47,665 nt of DNA from Acidobacteriota bacterium (GTDB lineage: Bacteria > Acidobacteriota > Vicinamibacteria > Vicinamibacterales > SCN-69-37). The DNA lies in assembly GCA_044507065.1 (NCBI GenBank), contig JBIQJY010000015.1, positions 14,727 through 62,391 of the forward strand, read 5' to 3'. Positions 1 to 9,725 of this stretch are shown one piece after another. The first letter of the stretch is position 1. Every line of letters begins with the position of its first letter. The position numbers were made by a program, and so were the translations under genes. The notes beneath the pieces were generated by a model, which saw only the letters and a list, made by a program, of their open reading frames with translations, was not told where the DNA came from and did no database searches.

Positions 1-1
1 G

Positions 2-1897
2 CCGCGGGCCCCCTTCCGGGTGGGGACCGATCTGATTACTGTCGACGTATCCGTGCTCGACGACGCCCGTCGGCCTGTCCGCGGCCTGACGGCCGACGAC
101 TTCACCGTCCTCGAAGACGGTGCGCCACGCCCGATCGTGGCATTCTCGGTCGTTGCCGTACCGACGGCCGAGGGCCCGGTAGACGGTCGTCTCCGGTGGC
201 TCGTGGCGGCCGATGACGTAACGTCCAACGACCTGTCGGCGGAAGGACGCCTCGTCGTGATCCTGCTCGACCGATCCATCCCGTCAGGCGCGCCTGTCGC
301 ACTGGCGCGCGACATTGCCCTGGCCGCTGTCGACGAACTCGGCCCCGGCGATGTCGCCGCCGTCGTGCGGTCGAGCGGCTTTGCCAACAACGGTCGCGTG
401 CAGGGGTTCACCGCTAATCCTGGTCTGCTCGCTGCGGCCATCGAGTCCACGTTCACGGGCATGACGTCGACAGACCTGAACCCATCGCCTTTCCCGGGCA
501 CGGACCCGTCGACGACTGATTGTCACTGCGGCCTGTGCGTGTTCGAAACACTCGGCAATGTCGCGGCGGCGATGGCCGACGCGCCACGGCGCCGCAAGCT
601 GCTGCTCTTCGTGGGCAGTTCCATCACGATGCCGCTGCCGGTTGCGACCGACGAATGCCACAGCGTGGTCAGGGAACCACGAGAGCGGGCGATGCGGGCG
701 CTGGAGATGGCGAACGTCACCGTGCACGCGATCGATCCGTCGGGCGTCATTCCAAGCTCGCCACGCGCGGGTTTTGTCGTGCCCGACGGCACGGCGCTGT
801 CGCCCGTGCCAGTTCGGCCGACACCGGCGCAGTTGAACGTGCAGCGCGTGGACGCGCTGCGTGTCCTGCCCGACCTGACAGGCGGGCGACTCGTAACGAA
901 CACGAATGCACCAGCCGACCAGCTGCCCGCAATCTTCGAGGAGAGCCGGTTGTACTACCTGCTCGGGTTCGAGCCGAGGGCCGCGCCCGACGGCACGTTC
1001 CATCGGATTGACGTCCAGGTGCATCGTCGCAACTCCAACGTTCGCGCGCGGAGCGGGTATGTCATGACGACGACGGCCGACGCGACGCTGGATGACGCCG
1101 GGACGAGCGTGTCGGAACTCGTGGAGGCCCTCCAGGCATCGATGCCGCGCCAGCAGTTGTCCGTGTCGACGAGCGTGGTGCCGTTCCCCGCCGGCTCGTT
1201 GCAATCGTCGCCGGTCGGCGTCCTGCTTCGGGCACGATTGCCGACAGGCACGTATCCGCGGCGTCTGGTGCTCGCGGCCGCGGCGTTCGACGTGCGCGGC
1301 ATGGCCGTCGAGACGCACATCCGCACGATTGAGGTCGCATCGCCTGGACCCGACGACACCCTCGATGGACTGGTCATGCGGCTGGATCTGGAACCCGGTC
1401 AGTACGAGGTGCGTGTTGCGGCCCGCGACGAAGGGAGCGGCGCGATTGGCAGTGTCTATTCGTTCCTGGACCTGGCGGACAGCGCCGAGCCGGTCGCGCT
1501 CTCGGGCATCGTGATCCGGGCGGTCGGATCACCGACGGTCGTTGGCAGTGCGTCTGCCGACGGGCTCCTGCCGTTCGTGCCGACGCTCTCGAGGAGCTTC
1601 GCGCCGTCCGAGCGGCCCCGTGCATTCGTGCGGGTGACACGAGGTGGCAGGCCGGATCCAGTCCGAATGCGCGTCCGCATCCTCGACGCCGCCGGAAACG
1701 CGCGGTTCGATCGTGAAACCACGCTGGCAGCAGAGACGTTTGCCGATGGTGCTGCGGATTTCGTGGTGCCGCTGGTGTTCGAGAACCTGCCACCCGGCGC
1801 GTACGTGCTCCAGATCGACGGGACGGTCGGCGACGCCACCGCGATGCGCCAGATCCATTTCGATGTGCAGGAGGCGCGACTCAGCCTATCCGGATGA
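2..1897 (+). CDS. VWA domain protein, acidobacterial VWFA-related family (5'-truncated)
   Basis: Frame is open from base 2 (PRAPFRVGTDLITVDVSVLDDARRPVRGLTADDFTVLEDG), the typical N-terminal motif of this family. It also has LLDRS, VHAIDPSG, TGGRLV, YYLLGF and VRARSGY, then C-terminal beta-sandwich domains. The true start is upstream of the window. Confidence 0.85.
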   Translation, partial: PRAPFRVGTDLITVDVSVLDDARRPVRGLTADDFTVLEDGAPRPIVAFSVVAVPTAEGPVDGRLRWLVAADDVTSNDLSAEGRLVVILLDRSIPSGAPVALARDIALAAVDELGPGDVAAVVRSSGFANNGRVQGFTANPGLLAAAIESTFTGMTSTDLNPSPFPGTDPSTTDCHCGLCVFETLGNVAAAMADAPRRRKLLLFVGSSITMPLPVATDECHSVVREPRERAMRALEMANVTVHAIDPSGVIPSSPRAGFVVPDGTALSPVPVRPTPAQLNVQRVDALRVLPDLTGGRLVTNTNAPADQLPAIFEESRLYYLLGFEPRAAPDGTFHRIDVQVHRRNSNVRARSGYVMTTTADATLDDAGTSVSELVEALQASMPRQQLSVSTSVVPFPAGSLQSSPVGVLLRARLPTGTYPRRLVLAAAAFDVRGMAVETHIRTIEVASPGPDDTLDGLVMRLDLEPGQYEVRVAARDEGSGAIGSVYSFLDLADSAEPVALSGIVIRAVGSPTVVGSASADGLLPFVPTLSRSFAPSERPRAFVRVTRGGRPDPVRMRVRILDAAGNARFDRETTLAAETFADGAADFVVPLVFENLPPGAYVLQIDGTVGDATAMRQIHFDVQEARLSLSG

Positions 1898-2480
1898 GAT
1901 TCAGGCCCGGCAGCGGTCCTCCCGGGAACTGCTGCAGCCGCCCGCCCGTTGCCAGATCGCCCAGGTCGACCCCGGCATAACCGCAGGAGGTCAGCACGTC
2001 GTTGAACGTGGCCTTGGCCGCCGCGTCGTCGCCGGAATAGAAGATGACCCGACGCCCGCCGGCCTCGCGCGGATCCAGCGCCAGCACGGCCGGCGTCAGC
2101 GTGTTGAACGCCTTCACGAGCCGCGCACCGGGGACCAGGTCGGCGACCAGTTCGCTCGACGACCGCCCGCCGAGTTCGGCCATGGTGTAGTGCGGCGGCT
2201 CGATCGGGTTGGTCGTGTCGATGAGGATGCGGTCGTTCCAGTGGTCGAACCGGCCGAGCGTGCCGGGCAGCTGGCTCCACGGCGCCGCGATGATCACGAT
2301 GCCGGGCGTGGCGGCATCCTCGACCGTGCCGGCCGACGCGCCGGGGCCGAGCGTCGCGACCACTCGTTCGAGCGACGCCGGACCGCGGCTGTTGCTGAGA
2401 ATGACGGGATAGTCCGCCGCGATGAGCCGCTTTGCCAGGGCCTGGGCGATGGCGCCGGCCCCGATGATGCCGATGGTCAC
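1881..2480 (-). CDS. NADP oxidoreductase, F420-dependent-like family (predicted dinucleotide-binding enzyme)
   Basis: Rossmann IGIIGAGAIA, SNSRGP, IDTTNP, LVKAFNT and SGDD motifs; C-terminal QFPGGPL. Confidence 0.85.
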   Translation of the reverse strand: MTIGIIGAGAIAQALAKRLIAADYPVILSNSRGPASLERVVATLGPGASAGTVEDAATPGIVIIAAPWSQLPGTLGRFDHWNDRILIDTTNPIEPPHYTMAELGGRSSSELVADLVPGARLVKAFNTLTPAVLALDPREAGGRRVIFYSGDDAAAKATFNDVLTSCGYAGVDLGDLATGGRLQQFPGGPLPGLNLIRIG

Positions 2481-2486
2481 AGGCGC

Positions 2487-2492
2487 ATTGTA
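2487..2492 (-). promoter_or_regulatory. -10 element (TACAAT), probable leaderless promoter
   Basis: TACAAT ends 6 nt before the GTG start at 2480 and there is no Shine-Dalgarno sequence. Confidence 0.55.
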
Positions 2493-2563
2493 ATGGCGTC
2501 GGCCACGCCGGTCGCGACTGGCCGATGAAGCGGCGGGCAGAATCGCGTATCCTGCTCCATCTG

Positions 2564-3079
2564 ATGGCGAAGACCCCGAGTGCCCGCTGCTGGCTGATGA
2601 AGTGCGAACCGTCCGCGTACACGATCGACGACCTCGAGCGCGACGGCAAGACGAGCTGGGAAGGCGTACGCAACTATCGCGCGCGCAACTACATGCGCGA
2701 TGACATGCGCGTCGGCGACCCGGTGCTCTTCTATGCGTCGAATGCCGACCCCTCCGGCGTCACCGGGCTGGCGCGCATCGCGCGCGCGGGCTATCCCGAC
2801 CCGTACGCGCTCCGCAAGGGGCACAAGTACTTCGATCCGGACAGCCGCGCCGACGAACCGAGGTGGTACACGGTCGACATCGAGTTCGTGGAGAACTTCC
2901 ACGGCACGGTGTCGCTCGAGACGCTGAAGAGCACGCCTGGCCTCGAGAACATGATGGTCACCCAGAAGGGGAGTCGGCTGTCGGTTCAGCCGGTCTGGCC
3001 CGACGAATACGCGATCGTCGTCAGGCTCGGCCGGGCGATTGCCAAAGGCAGCGGCGCACGAGCGAAACGCCGCTCCTGA
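2564..3079 (+). CDS. EVE domain protein (PUA-like, thymocyte nuclear protein 1-like)
   Basis: WLMKCEP, WEGVRNYRARNYMR, GDPVLFYAS, YFDP and RLSVQPV motifs. ATG 2564 chosen because it follows a TATCCT -10 at 2548-2553. Confidence 0.92.
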   Translation: MAKTPSARCWLMKCEPSAYTIDDLERDGKTSWEGVRNYRARNYMRDDMRVGDPVLFYASNADPSGVTGLARIARAGYPDPYALRKGHKYFDPDSRADEPRWYTVDIEFVENFHGTVSLETLKSTPGLENMMVTQKGSRLSVQPVWPDEYAIVVRLGRAIAKGSGARAKRRS

Positions 3080-3098
3080 CGGGTTGGCGTCTCGAGGC

Positions 3099-3731
3099 CT
3101 AGTTCAGCTCGGCGCGGATGGCGGCGCGCAGCTGTGCGTGGCCGAGCTGCGCAAGGCGCTTGCCGTTGATGAAGAAGGTCGGCGTGCGGTTCGCGCCGAG
3201 GGCCAGGCCGTCCTGCTGATCCTGTTCGATGCGCGCGCGGATGGCCGGGTCGGTGGCCGCGACGCGCAGCCGTTCCGGGTCGAGCCCCGCCGGCGCGGCG
3301 TAGCCGATCAGCAATTCGGGGCGTGGCGCCGCGTGGCTCGCCCACTCGGGCTGGCGCGCCAGCACGATCTCGAGAAACTCCCAGTAGCGGTTCTGATCGC
3401 GCGCGGCTTCCAGCAGCGACGCGGCATATGCCGAGTTCTGGTGCAGCGGCATGTAGCGGATCACCAGCCGCATCTGGTCGCCGAACTCCGCCTGCACCTG
3501 CTTGACGATGGGATACATCTCGCGGCACGACTCGCATTCGGGATCGAAGAACTCCACGACCGTCACCGGTGCGCTCGGCGGTCCCTGGCTGATGCTGTAC
3601 GGGCGAATCAGCAGTTCGCTCGCGACGGCTGGCGCCCCCGTGTCGGCACCCCGGTACCAGCGCGCGCCCATTGCAAACGCGAGCACCAGTGCGGCGGCCA
3701 CGACAACGAGCGTCGGTTTACCGATCTTCAT
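3099..3731 (-). CDS. DsbA/BdbD-like thioredoxin-fold disulfide oxidoreductase, membrane-anchored
   Basis: N-terminal hydrophobic anchor, VTVVEFFDPECESC (CxxC) and TPTFFING cis-Pro loop. Confidence 0.9.
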   Translation of the reverse strand: MKIGKPTLVVVAAALVLAFAMGARWYRGADTGAPAVASELLIRPYSISQGPPSAPVTVVEFFDPECESCREMYPIVKQVQAEFGDQMRLVIRYMPLHQNSAYAASLLEAARDQNRYWEFLEIVLARQPEWASHAAPRPELLIGYAAPAGLDPERLRVAATDPAIRARIEQDQQDGLALGANRTPTFFINGKRLAQLGHAQLRAAIRAELN

Positions 3732-4182
3732 GCGTCGAACCCTTCATCCGGACGTGAAACCCCAGCAGGCACCCGATGATCATGACGAACGCGGTGAGGG
3801 AGAGCAAGGGGATCGTGATGAACCCGAGCCATTCGATCTGCCGCTCCGTGCACGAGACGCCGGTGGCGCACGGTGTGATGCTGTCCGGGATGATGTGGTA
3901 ATAGAGGAGGTTGTGATACGTCGCGACGGCGAGACCGATGAGCGCCAGCGGCCATGCATACCGTGACACGCCGCGGTCCTCTGTCGCCAGGCCGACCGTG
4001 ATGATGACGGCCAGCGGATACATGCAGATGCGCTGGTACCAGCACAGCACGCAGGGCGGCAGTTCCATCACCTCGCTGAAGAACAGGCTCCCCATCGTTG
4101 CCAGCAGACTGACGATCCACGCCCCGAACAGCGGGAGCCATATCGACTCATCCGGTGCGCGGTGCATCTCCGAGGCCTGCAT
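3718..4182 (-). CDS. dsbB: Disulfide bond formation protein B (BdbC type)
   Basis: SLFFSEV..PCVLCWYQRICMYPL, second Cys pair PCATGVSC, FITIPLLSL and four TM segments. Start is 4182 or 4167; the gene overlaps the dsbA-like start. Confidence 0.9.
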   Translation of the reverse strand: MQASEMHRAPDESIWLPLFGAWIVSLLATMGSLFFSEVMELPPCVLCWYQRICMYPLAVIITVGLATEDRGVSRYAWPLALIGLAVATYHNLLYYHIIPDSITPCATGVSCTERQIEWLGFITIPLLSLTAFVMIIGCLLGFHVRMKGSTHEDR

Positions 4183-4223
4183 GATGCCGTCACAGTAGCA
4201 CCACGACGGAATGGGAGGAAATC

Positions 4224-5582
4224 GTGAATCTCGACGATGAGATCGTTCTGGGTATCCGGCTGTCGACGCTGGTGCTCTCGGCGGCCGCACTCGTGACGGC
4301 CGCCGTGGCGCACCTCTGGATCCGCTGGTGGCTGCGGCGGCGATCGCGGCACGCCGACGTCGAACTGCCGGTGCCGGGCGCGGCTCCCGGCGTGCACATG
4401 CGCTGGTGGATCTCCCGCGGCGTGCGTGCGCTGCTCCCGCCGCTCGGGCTGCTCGTCTGGATTCACGGCGTCTACGCCGTGCTCACGATGCTGCTGGGCG
4501 ACACGTCGGCCGCGAGCGTCGCCGTGCGGGTCTGGGGCGTCGTCGAGTGGTGCTACCGCGCGCTGATGCTCGTGACGGCGTTCTGGCTGCTGCGCCGCAT
4601 TGGCGCGGTGGTCGAGGTGTTTCTTCGGGCGCTGGCCGATCGCAGCGAGAACACCTGGGACAACGCGGTGCTGCCGCTGGCCGGGCAGGCCGCGCGGACG
4701 CTGCTGCCGCTGCTGGCGCTGATTCTGGCCGCGCCCGTGCTCGCCGTCTCTCCGGCGCTCGAGACGATGTTCCGCAACGGTGTCAGCCTGATCGTCATCG
4801 GCGTCATCGCGTTCGTCCTGATCAAGACCGTGGAGGCCTCAGCCGCCATGGTGCTGAGGCGCCACCGCATCGACGTGGCCGACAATCTCCGCGCGCGCGC
4901 CGTGTCCACCCAGGTCATGGTGCTGCGACGCGTGGCAATGGCCGTCATCGTGATCTTCGCCCTGGCGTCGATGCTGATGGTGTTCGAATCGGTGCGGCAG
5001 TTCGGCGCGTCGATTCTGGCCTCGGCCGGCATCGCCGGCATCATCGTCGGCCTGGCCGCGCAGCGCAGCATCGCGGCGCTGCTCGCGGGATTCCAGATCG
5101 CCATCACCCAGCCCATCCGCGTCGACGACGTGGTGATCGTGGAGAACGAGTGGGGCCGCATCGAGGAAATCACGCTGACCTATGTCGTCGTGCGCATCTG
5201 GGACCTGCGGCGCCTCGTGCTGCCCATCACCTACTTCATCGAGCAGCCCTTCCAGAACTGGACGCGCCAGTCGGCCGACATCCTCGCCACGGTGTTCCTG
5301 CACGTCGACTACACCGTCCCGATTGGCGCGCTGCGCGCCGAGCTGACGCGCATCCTCGACGCATCGCCGCACTGGGACCGGAAGGTGAACGTGCTCCAGG
5401 TGACCGATGCCAAGGAACGCACGCTCGAGGTGCGTGCCCTGGCGAGCGCCGTCGATGCGTCGACCGCCTGGGATCTGCGCTGCGAAGTGCGCGAGAAACT
5501 GGTCGATTTCCTGCAGCGCCACCACCCGGAGAGCCTGCCGAAACTGCGGGGCGTCGTGCATGCGACGACCGGTGCGGCCTGA
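4224..5582 (+). CDS. mscS: Small-conductance mechanosensitive channel family protein
   Basis: ASAGIAGIIVGLAAQ TM3, QPIRVDDVVIVENEWGRIEEITLTY, PFQNW and WDLRCEVREKL; SD GGGAGG before the GTG. Confidence 0.9.
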   Translation: MNLDDEIVLGIRLSTLVLSAAALVTAAVAHLWIRWWLRRRSRHADVELPVPGAAPGVHMRWWISRGVRALLPPLGLLVWIHGVYAVLTMLLGDTSAASVAVRVWGVVEWCYRALMLVTAFWLLRRIGAVVEVFLRALADRSENTWDNAVLPLAGQAARTLLPLLALILAAPVLAVSPALETMFRNGVSLIVIGVIAFVLIKTVEASAAMVLRRHRIDVADNLRARAVSTQVMVLRRVAMAVIVIFALASMLMVFESVRQFGASILASAGIAGIIVGLAAQRSIAALLAGFQIAITQPIRVDDVVIVENEWGRIEEITLTYVVVRIWDLRRLVLPITYFIEQPFQNWTRQSADILATVFLHVDYTVPIGALRAELTRILDASPHWDRKVNVLQVTDAKERTLEVRALASAVDASTAWDLRCEVREKLVDFLQRHHPESLPKLRGVVHATTGAA

Positions 5583-5652
5583 TCCGCGCGGCCGCGCGCG
5601 CTTCGTCTGCAGGCGCCAGCCGCACGTGCTACTGTGAACGCCGGAGACCGAC

Positions 5653-6162
5653 GTGCCTGCTTCGAAATCACGAAAGACCACCAAGCGATCCACGGCGACC
5701 ACGAAGAAGAAGGCGGCGAAGGTGGCCAGATCCGCCACCGCGCGCCGCGCGCCGCGATCGCGCGACCTGACGGTCGATCAGGCGATCATCGCCGTGATCA
5801 TCGGGTCGATGATGGCCAACGATCATGTGGCCCCGGAAGAAGCCGAGCGCGCCCACCACGTCACCTGGTCCATGCGGCGGTTTCGTCGCCGATCCGGTGA
5901 GACGGTCGGCCGGCTCATTGCCCGCGTGCGCGAGATGATCGCCAGGGAAGGCGCTGCCGAGATCGTGCAGCGCGCCTCGAAGGTCATCCCGACATCGCTC
6001 CGGCCGTCGGTTCTCGCCGTCGCGGCCGATCTCGTGCTGGTCGACGGTACGCTGCAGCGTCAGGAGCGGCAGTTCCTGAGCGAGCTCGCGCGCCAGTTGA
6101 AGATCGCGCCCGCGCTCGCGCTCCAGATCCTCAAGATCATCTCGCTCAAGAACGCCATCTGA
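5653..6162 (+). CDS. TerB-like (tellurite resistance family) protein with basic N-terminal tail
   Basis: Two TerB-like motifs (ANDHVAPEE; DLVLVDGTLQRQERQFLSELARQL) and C-terminal IISLKN. GGAG SD with an upstream TGcTACTGT extended -10. Confidence 0.7.
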   Translation: MPASKSRKTTKRSTATTKKKAAKVARSATARRAPRSRDLTVDQAIIAVIIGSMMANDHVAPEEAERAHHVTWSMRRFRRRSGETVGRLIARVREMIAREGAAEIVQRASKVIPTSLRPSVLAVAADLVLVDGTLQRQERQFLSELARQLKIAPALALQILKIISLKNAI

Positions 6163-6164
6163 CC

Positions 6165-7589
6165 TCAGCCGGCCAGCCGCGCCCACAGGATGGCAGCGAC
6201 CACGATGATGGCGGCGCCCGCCAGGCCGAGATAGCCGCCTGTCCGGACGAAATCGCGGCTGGTCAGTTCGCCCGATGCGTGCGCCATCGCATTGGGCGGC
6301 GTGCTCATCGGCATCGCCATGCTGAGCGAAGCCACGAAGGCGGTCGTCAGGGCATAGGTCGACAGGCCCATCGACGCGGACATCCCCGCGGTGACGACGG
6401 CAACCGGCATCAGCATGCTGGCGATGGCCGTGTTCGAGAAGAACGTGCCGAGCCCGAGCGTCGCGGCCGCGAGCAGGGCCAGGCGGGTCCCGTCGCTTGC
6501 GCCGATGGGGACGATGTCGGCCAGTCGCGAGTCGAGCCCGGTGACCTGCAGCGTGTAGCCCAGGGCGAGCCCGCCGCCGATGAGAATCAGCACGTCCCAG
6601 TCGAGCGAGTTCACGTCGGCGCGCGTGACGATCGCGGTCGCGAAGAAGAGCGTGACCGGCAGCATCGATACGGCAGATGCCGGCACGCCGTGCCAGGGCT
6701 CGGTCAGCCAGGCGGTGAAGGTGAATATCGCTACCGCGATGACCCACTTCCCGCGGAGCGACAACGCGGCGTCGGGCAGGTCCACGCGCCACACCAGCGA
6801 CGGGGGTGGATAAAGCCTCAACAGGCGCCACCAGGTGATGGCGAGCAGGACCACGACGAGCGGGATCGCCAGGAGCATCCACGCCCCGAATCCGAAGCCG
6901 AGCCCGGCGCGCTGGATGTAGCTCATCGCGATCGCGTTGGGCGGCGACGCGATCGGTGTGCTCATGCCGGCGATGTTGGCCGAGACGGGGATGGCGAGAA
7001 TCAGGGCCTTGCGGAACGCAAGGCCCGCCGGCAACTGCGCGAGGATTGGGGCGACGAGCGTCAGCATCAGCGCGGTCGTTGCCGTGTTGCTCATCCACAG
7101 CGAGAAGCTGGCGGTCGTGATGATGACGCCGGCGAGCAGGCGCGACGGCGAGTCGGCCATGGGCCGCAGCATGACAGCCGACAGCTTGTTGTCGACGCCG
7201 GTGTTGACCGCCGCGCGCGCCAGCACGAGGCCGCTGAAGAACAGCATGAGCACCGGGTCGGCCGCCGCACCCATGAAGTCGCGCAGCGACGGCCCGTTGC
7301 CGTCCTCGAAGCCGAGCCAGCTCCACTCGCCCGGATTGCCGAGCAGCAGCACCTGCAATGAGATGGAAATGAAGGCCGTGGCGAACAGCGGCAGCGTCTC
7401 TGTGACCCAGAGCAGGACGGTGGCCGCGAGGATGGCCGTGGCCAGTGCCTGTTCACGTGGCCAGCCCCATGCGTGCACCATCCAGCCGAAACCGGCTGCC
7501 ACGAGGCACAGCACCAGCGCCGCAACGGGACGGCCGATGCCGCGCGGCAGGCCGGGGGACAGGCGCAGGTAGAGTGGCGGGATGGCCAT
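6165..7589 (-). CDS. DASS/SLC13 family sodium-coupled anion permease
   Basis: LWVTETLP, MSNTAT, TPIASPPNAI, FFSNTA and MSTPPNAM signature hairpins with many TM helices. Start set to ATG 7589 because the upstream extension is not protein-like. Confidence 0.92.
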   Translation of the reverse strand: MAIPPLYLRLSPGLPRGIGRPVAALVLCLVAAGFGWMVHAWGWPREQALATAILAATVLLWVTETLPLFATAFISISLQVLLLGNPGEWSWLGFEDGNGPSLRDFMGAAADPVLMLFFSGLVLARAAVNTGVDNKLSAVMLRPMADSPSRLLAGVIITTASFSLWMSNTATTALMLTLVAPILAQLPAGLAFRKALILAIPVSANIAGMSTPIASPPNAIAMSYIQRAGLGFGFGAWMLLAIPLVVVLLAITWWRLLRLYPPPSLVWRVDLPDAALSLRGKWVIAVAIFTFTAWLTEPWHGVPASAVSMLPVTLFFATAIVTRADVNSLDWDVLILIGGGLALGYTLQVTGLDSRLADIVPIGASDGTRLALLAAATLGLGTFFSNTAIASMLMPVAVVTAGMSASMGLSTYALTTAFVASLSMAMPMSTPPNAMAHASGELTSRDFVRTGGYLGLAGAAIIVVAAILWARLAG

Positions 7590-7675
7590 GTGTGCAGGTG
7601 GCGTGCGGGCGCTGCACCGGCGGCAACGCGCGTGCGTCCATCCTATATGGAAGCGAACGCGTCGGCGCGCACGGA

Positions 7676-7700
7676 CGGGGCGGACGCGCGGTCCGCCCCG
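7676..7700. terminator. GC-rich stem-loop downstream of the YfbK-like gene
   Basis: CGGGGCGGAC-gcgcg-GTCCGCCCCG is a perfect 10-bp stem; no U-tract. Confidence 0.45.
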
Positions 7701-7716
7701 CACCGCGCGCGCATCC

Positions 7717-9654
7717 TCAGCGGCCGGTCACCGGACCATCGTCGTCGCGATCCGGCCGGCGCTGGGCGTCGAGCGCCGCGGCCAGATCGACAAGCCGGAT
7801 GAACTCGGCGCGATATCCGTCCGGATCGCTGCCGCGGAACCGGCGGGCGAGTTCGCGCGCCGTGGTCCAGGTCGACTGTCCGACGTGCGCCGAGCCATTC
7901 AGCAGCATGCCGAACTCGGCGACTGCCGCCGCGAATCCGAGGTTGGGCGTCATCGCGGCCGCGCGATCGCGCACCGCGACGTCGATGAGCCGGCTGTCGT
8001 CTCCGTCGGGCTGCTTGTAGCGCAGCTTGACCGTCAGCAGCTCGTCGGATGCCGCCGCCGACTGCGTGCGCGCGACCGGCTGGTACTTGAGCGGATCGAC
8101 GGTGGGCACATCGAGCGCGCCGCCGGGAGGCACGATCTCGTAGAGCGCCGTGACGGTGTGGCCGGCGCCAATTTCGCCGGCATCCTTCGTGTCGTCGTTG
8201 AAGTCGCGGTTGGCCAGCACGCGGTTCTCGTAACCCACGAGCCGATACGCGCCCACGCGCGCCGGGTTGAACTCGACCTGAATCTTCACATCCTTCGCCA
8301 CGGTGACCAGCGTGGCCCCGGCCTCGGCCACCAGGACCCGACGCGCTTCGTGCAGCGAATCGAGGTAGGAGTAGTTGCCGTTACCGCGATTGGCGATGAG
8401 CTCCATCGTCGAATCCTTGAGATTGCCGGTGCCCACGCCGAGCACCGAGAGGAAGACGCCGCCCCGGCGCTTCTCCTCGATGAGCCGCACGAGCTCGGCC
8501 TGGCTCGTCGTGCCGACGTTGAAGTCGCCGTCGGTCGCCAGGATGACGCGGTTGATGCCGCCGTCGATGAACGAGGCCGCGGCCAGCTCGTAGGCGAGCC
8601 TGATGCCCGAGGCGCCGTTGGTCGACCCGCCCGGCCGGAGGTCGGCAATGGCGCGATCGATGCGCGTCCTGTTCGCGCCCGTTGTCGTCGGCAGCGCCAC
8701 GCCGCTCGTGCCCGCGTAGGTGACGATGGCGACACGGTCGGCCGGCGTGAGCGTGGCCGCGAGCATCCGCATGGCGGACTTGACGAGCGGCAGCTTGTCG
8801 GGCGTGTTCATCGAGCCCGACACGTCGAGCAGGAACACGAGGTTGCGTGGCGGCGTGCGGTCCGCCTCGAGTGGCGCGGCTTTCAGTCCGATGAGCACCA
8901 GGCGATGTCCGGGTGCCCAGGGGCAGGACCCGAGCTCCGTCGTGACCGAGAAGGGACGCCCCGCGGTCGGGTTCGCGTAGTCGAAGCGGAAGTAGTTGAT
9001 CAGTTCTTCCACGCGTACGGCGCCAGCCGGCGGCAGCGCGCCATCGTCGAGGAATCGGCGCACGTTGGCGTACGAGGCCGTGTCGACGTCGATCGAGAAG
9101 GTGGACAGCGGATCGTCACTCGCACGGTGGAACCCGTTCTCGACCACGTGCGCGTAGGCCTCGGTGTTGAAGTCGCGCTGGGGCAGGAACGTATACGGAC
9201 GTTCCGCGTGCGTCGCATCGCCGGCCCGGACGGCGGCCTGGCCCGCCCAGGCGGTCGGCTCCGGCACGGACGCCTTTGGAGGCAGGCTGCCGGACTCGGA
9301 CGTCACTCGCAGATCCTCGCGCGGGGCGATGGGGTCGAGGACGAGACGCAGCAGGACGGCCGGCTGGTCGGACACGGCCACTGTGGCCAATCCGCTCCCG
9401 AATCCGGGTACGACGGCCCGGACCTGATAGATGCCGGCCGCCACGTTCGAGAATCGAAACGCCCCGCGGGCATCGCTCGTTGTCGATTGCACCACGCGGG
9501 CGTTCTGCAGCAGTTCGACGGGGGCACGGGCGACGACCGTGCCTGTGCCGTCAACGACCACGCCCGCGATGACGCCAGCGGCCGTGGATGGGGGAGTCTG
9601 GGTGAAACCGGCAGCCATCACGGCGATGGCCAGGGTGGACAGCAATAGACGCAT
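7717..9654 (-). CDS. YfbK-like VWA protein (signal peptide, carboxypeptidase regulatory-like domain, vWF_A, VWA, DUF3520)
   Basis: PLSTFSIDVDTASYANVRRF, VRVEELINYF, MIDAS DVSGS, ILATDGDFNVG, AKDVKIQVEFNP and DAGEIGAGHTVTALYE; SD GGAGG before ATG 9654. Confidence 0.92.
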   Translation of the reverse strand: MRLLLSTLAIAVMAAGFTQTPPSTAAGVIAGVVVDGTGTVVARAPVELLQNARVVQSTTSDARGAFRFSNVAAGIYQVRAVVPGFGSGLATVAVSDQPAVLLRLVLDPIAPREDLRVTSESGSLPPKASVPEPTAWAGQAAVRAGDATHAERPYTFLPQRDFNTEAYAHVVENGFHRASDDPLSTFSIDVDTASYANVRRFLDDGALPPAGAVRVEELINYFRFDYANPTAGRPFSVTTELGSCPWAPGHRLVLIGLKAAPLEADRTPPRNLVFLLDVSGSMNTPDKLPLVKSAMRMLAATLTPADRVAIVTYAGTSGVALPTTTGANRTRIDRAIADLRPGGSTNGASGIRLAYELAAASFIDGGINRVILATDGDFNVGTTSQAELVRLIEEKRRGGVFLSVLGVGTGNLKDSTMELIANRGNGNYSYLDSLHEARRVLVAEAGATLVTVAKDVKIQVEFNPARVGAYRLVGYENRVLANRDFNDDTKDAGEIGAGHTVTALYEIVPPGGALDVPTVDPLKYQPVARTQSAAASDELLTVKLRYKQPDGDDSRLIDVAVRDRAAAMTPNLGFAAAVAEFGMLLNGSAHVGQSTWTTARELARRFRGSDPDGYRAEFIRLVDLAAALDAQRRPDRDDDGPVTGR

Positions 9655-9725
9655 GGACGACCTCCACTTCCTGGAACGGGCGTCCACGGGTTTCTTGCAG
9701 GGGGTGGCGATCCGGGGCGTTTTCC

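Noticed and set aside
2564-3079. EVE domain as part of a modification-dependent restriction system
   Set aside because: It is a stand-alone EVE protein with no fused or adjacent nuclease, GTPase or toxin.
7582-9648. 688-aa plus-strand ORF, and similar long antisense ORFs (14419-17172, 24879-26744, 30221-31843, 41925-43805, 45099-46943)
   Set aside because: They are shadows of recognisable genes on the opposite strand. They are Arg/Ala/Gly-rich with no motifs, as expected from high-GC codon bias.
9670-9700. ECF-sigma promoter (TGCAAG...CGTT) ahead of the YfbK-like gene
   Set aside because: Plausible but too short and degenerate to support, and no ECF gene is in the window.
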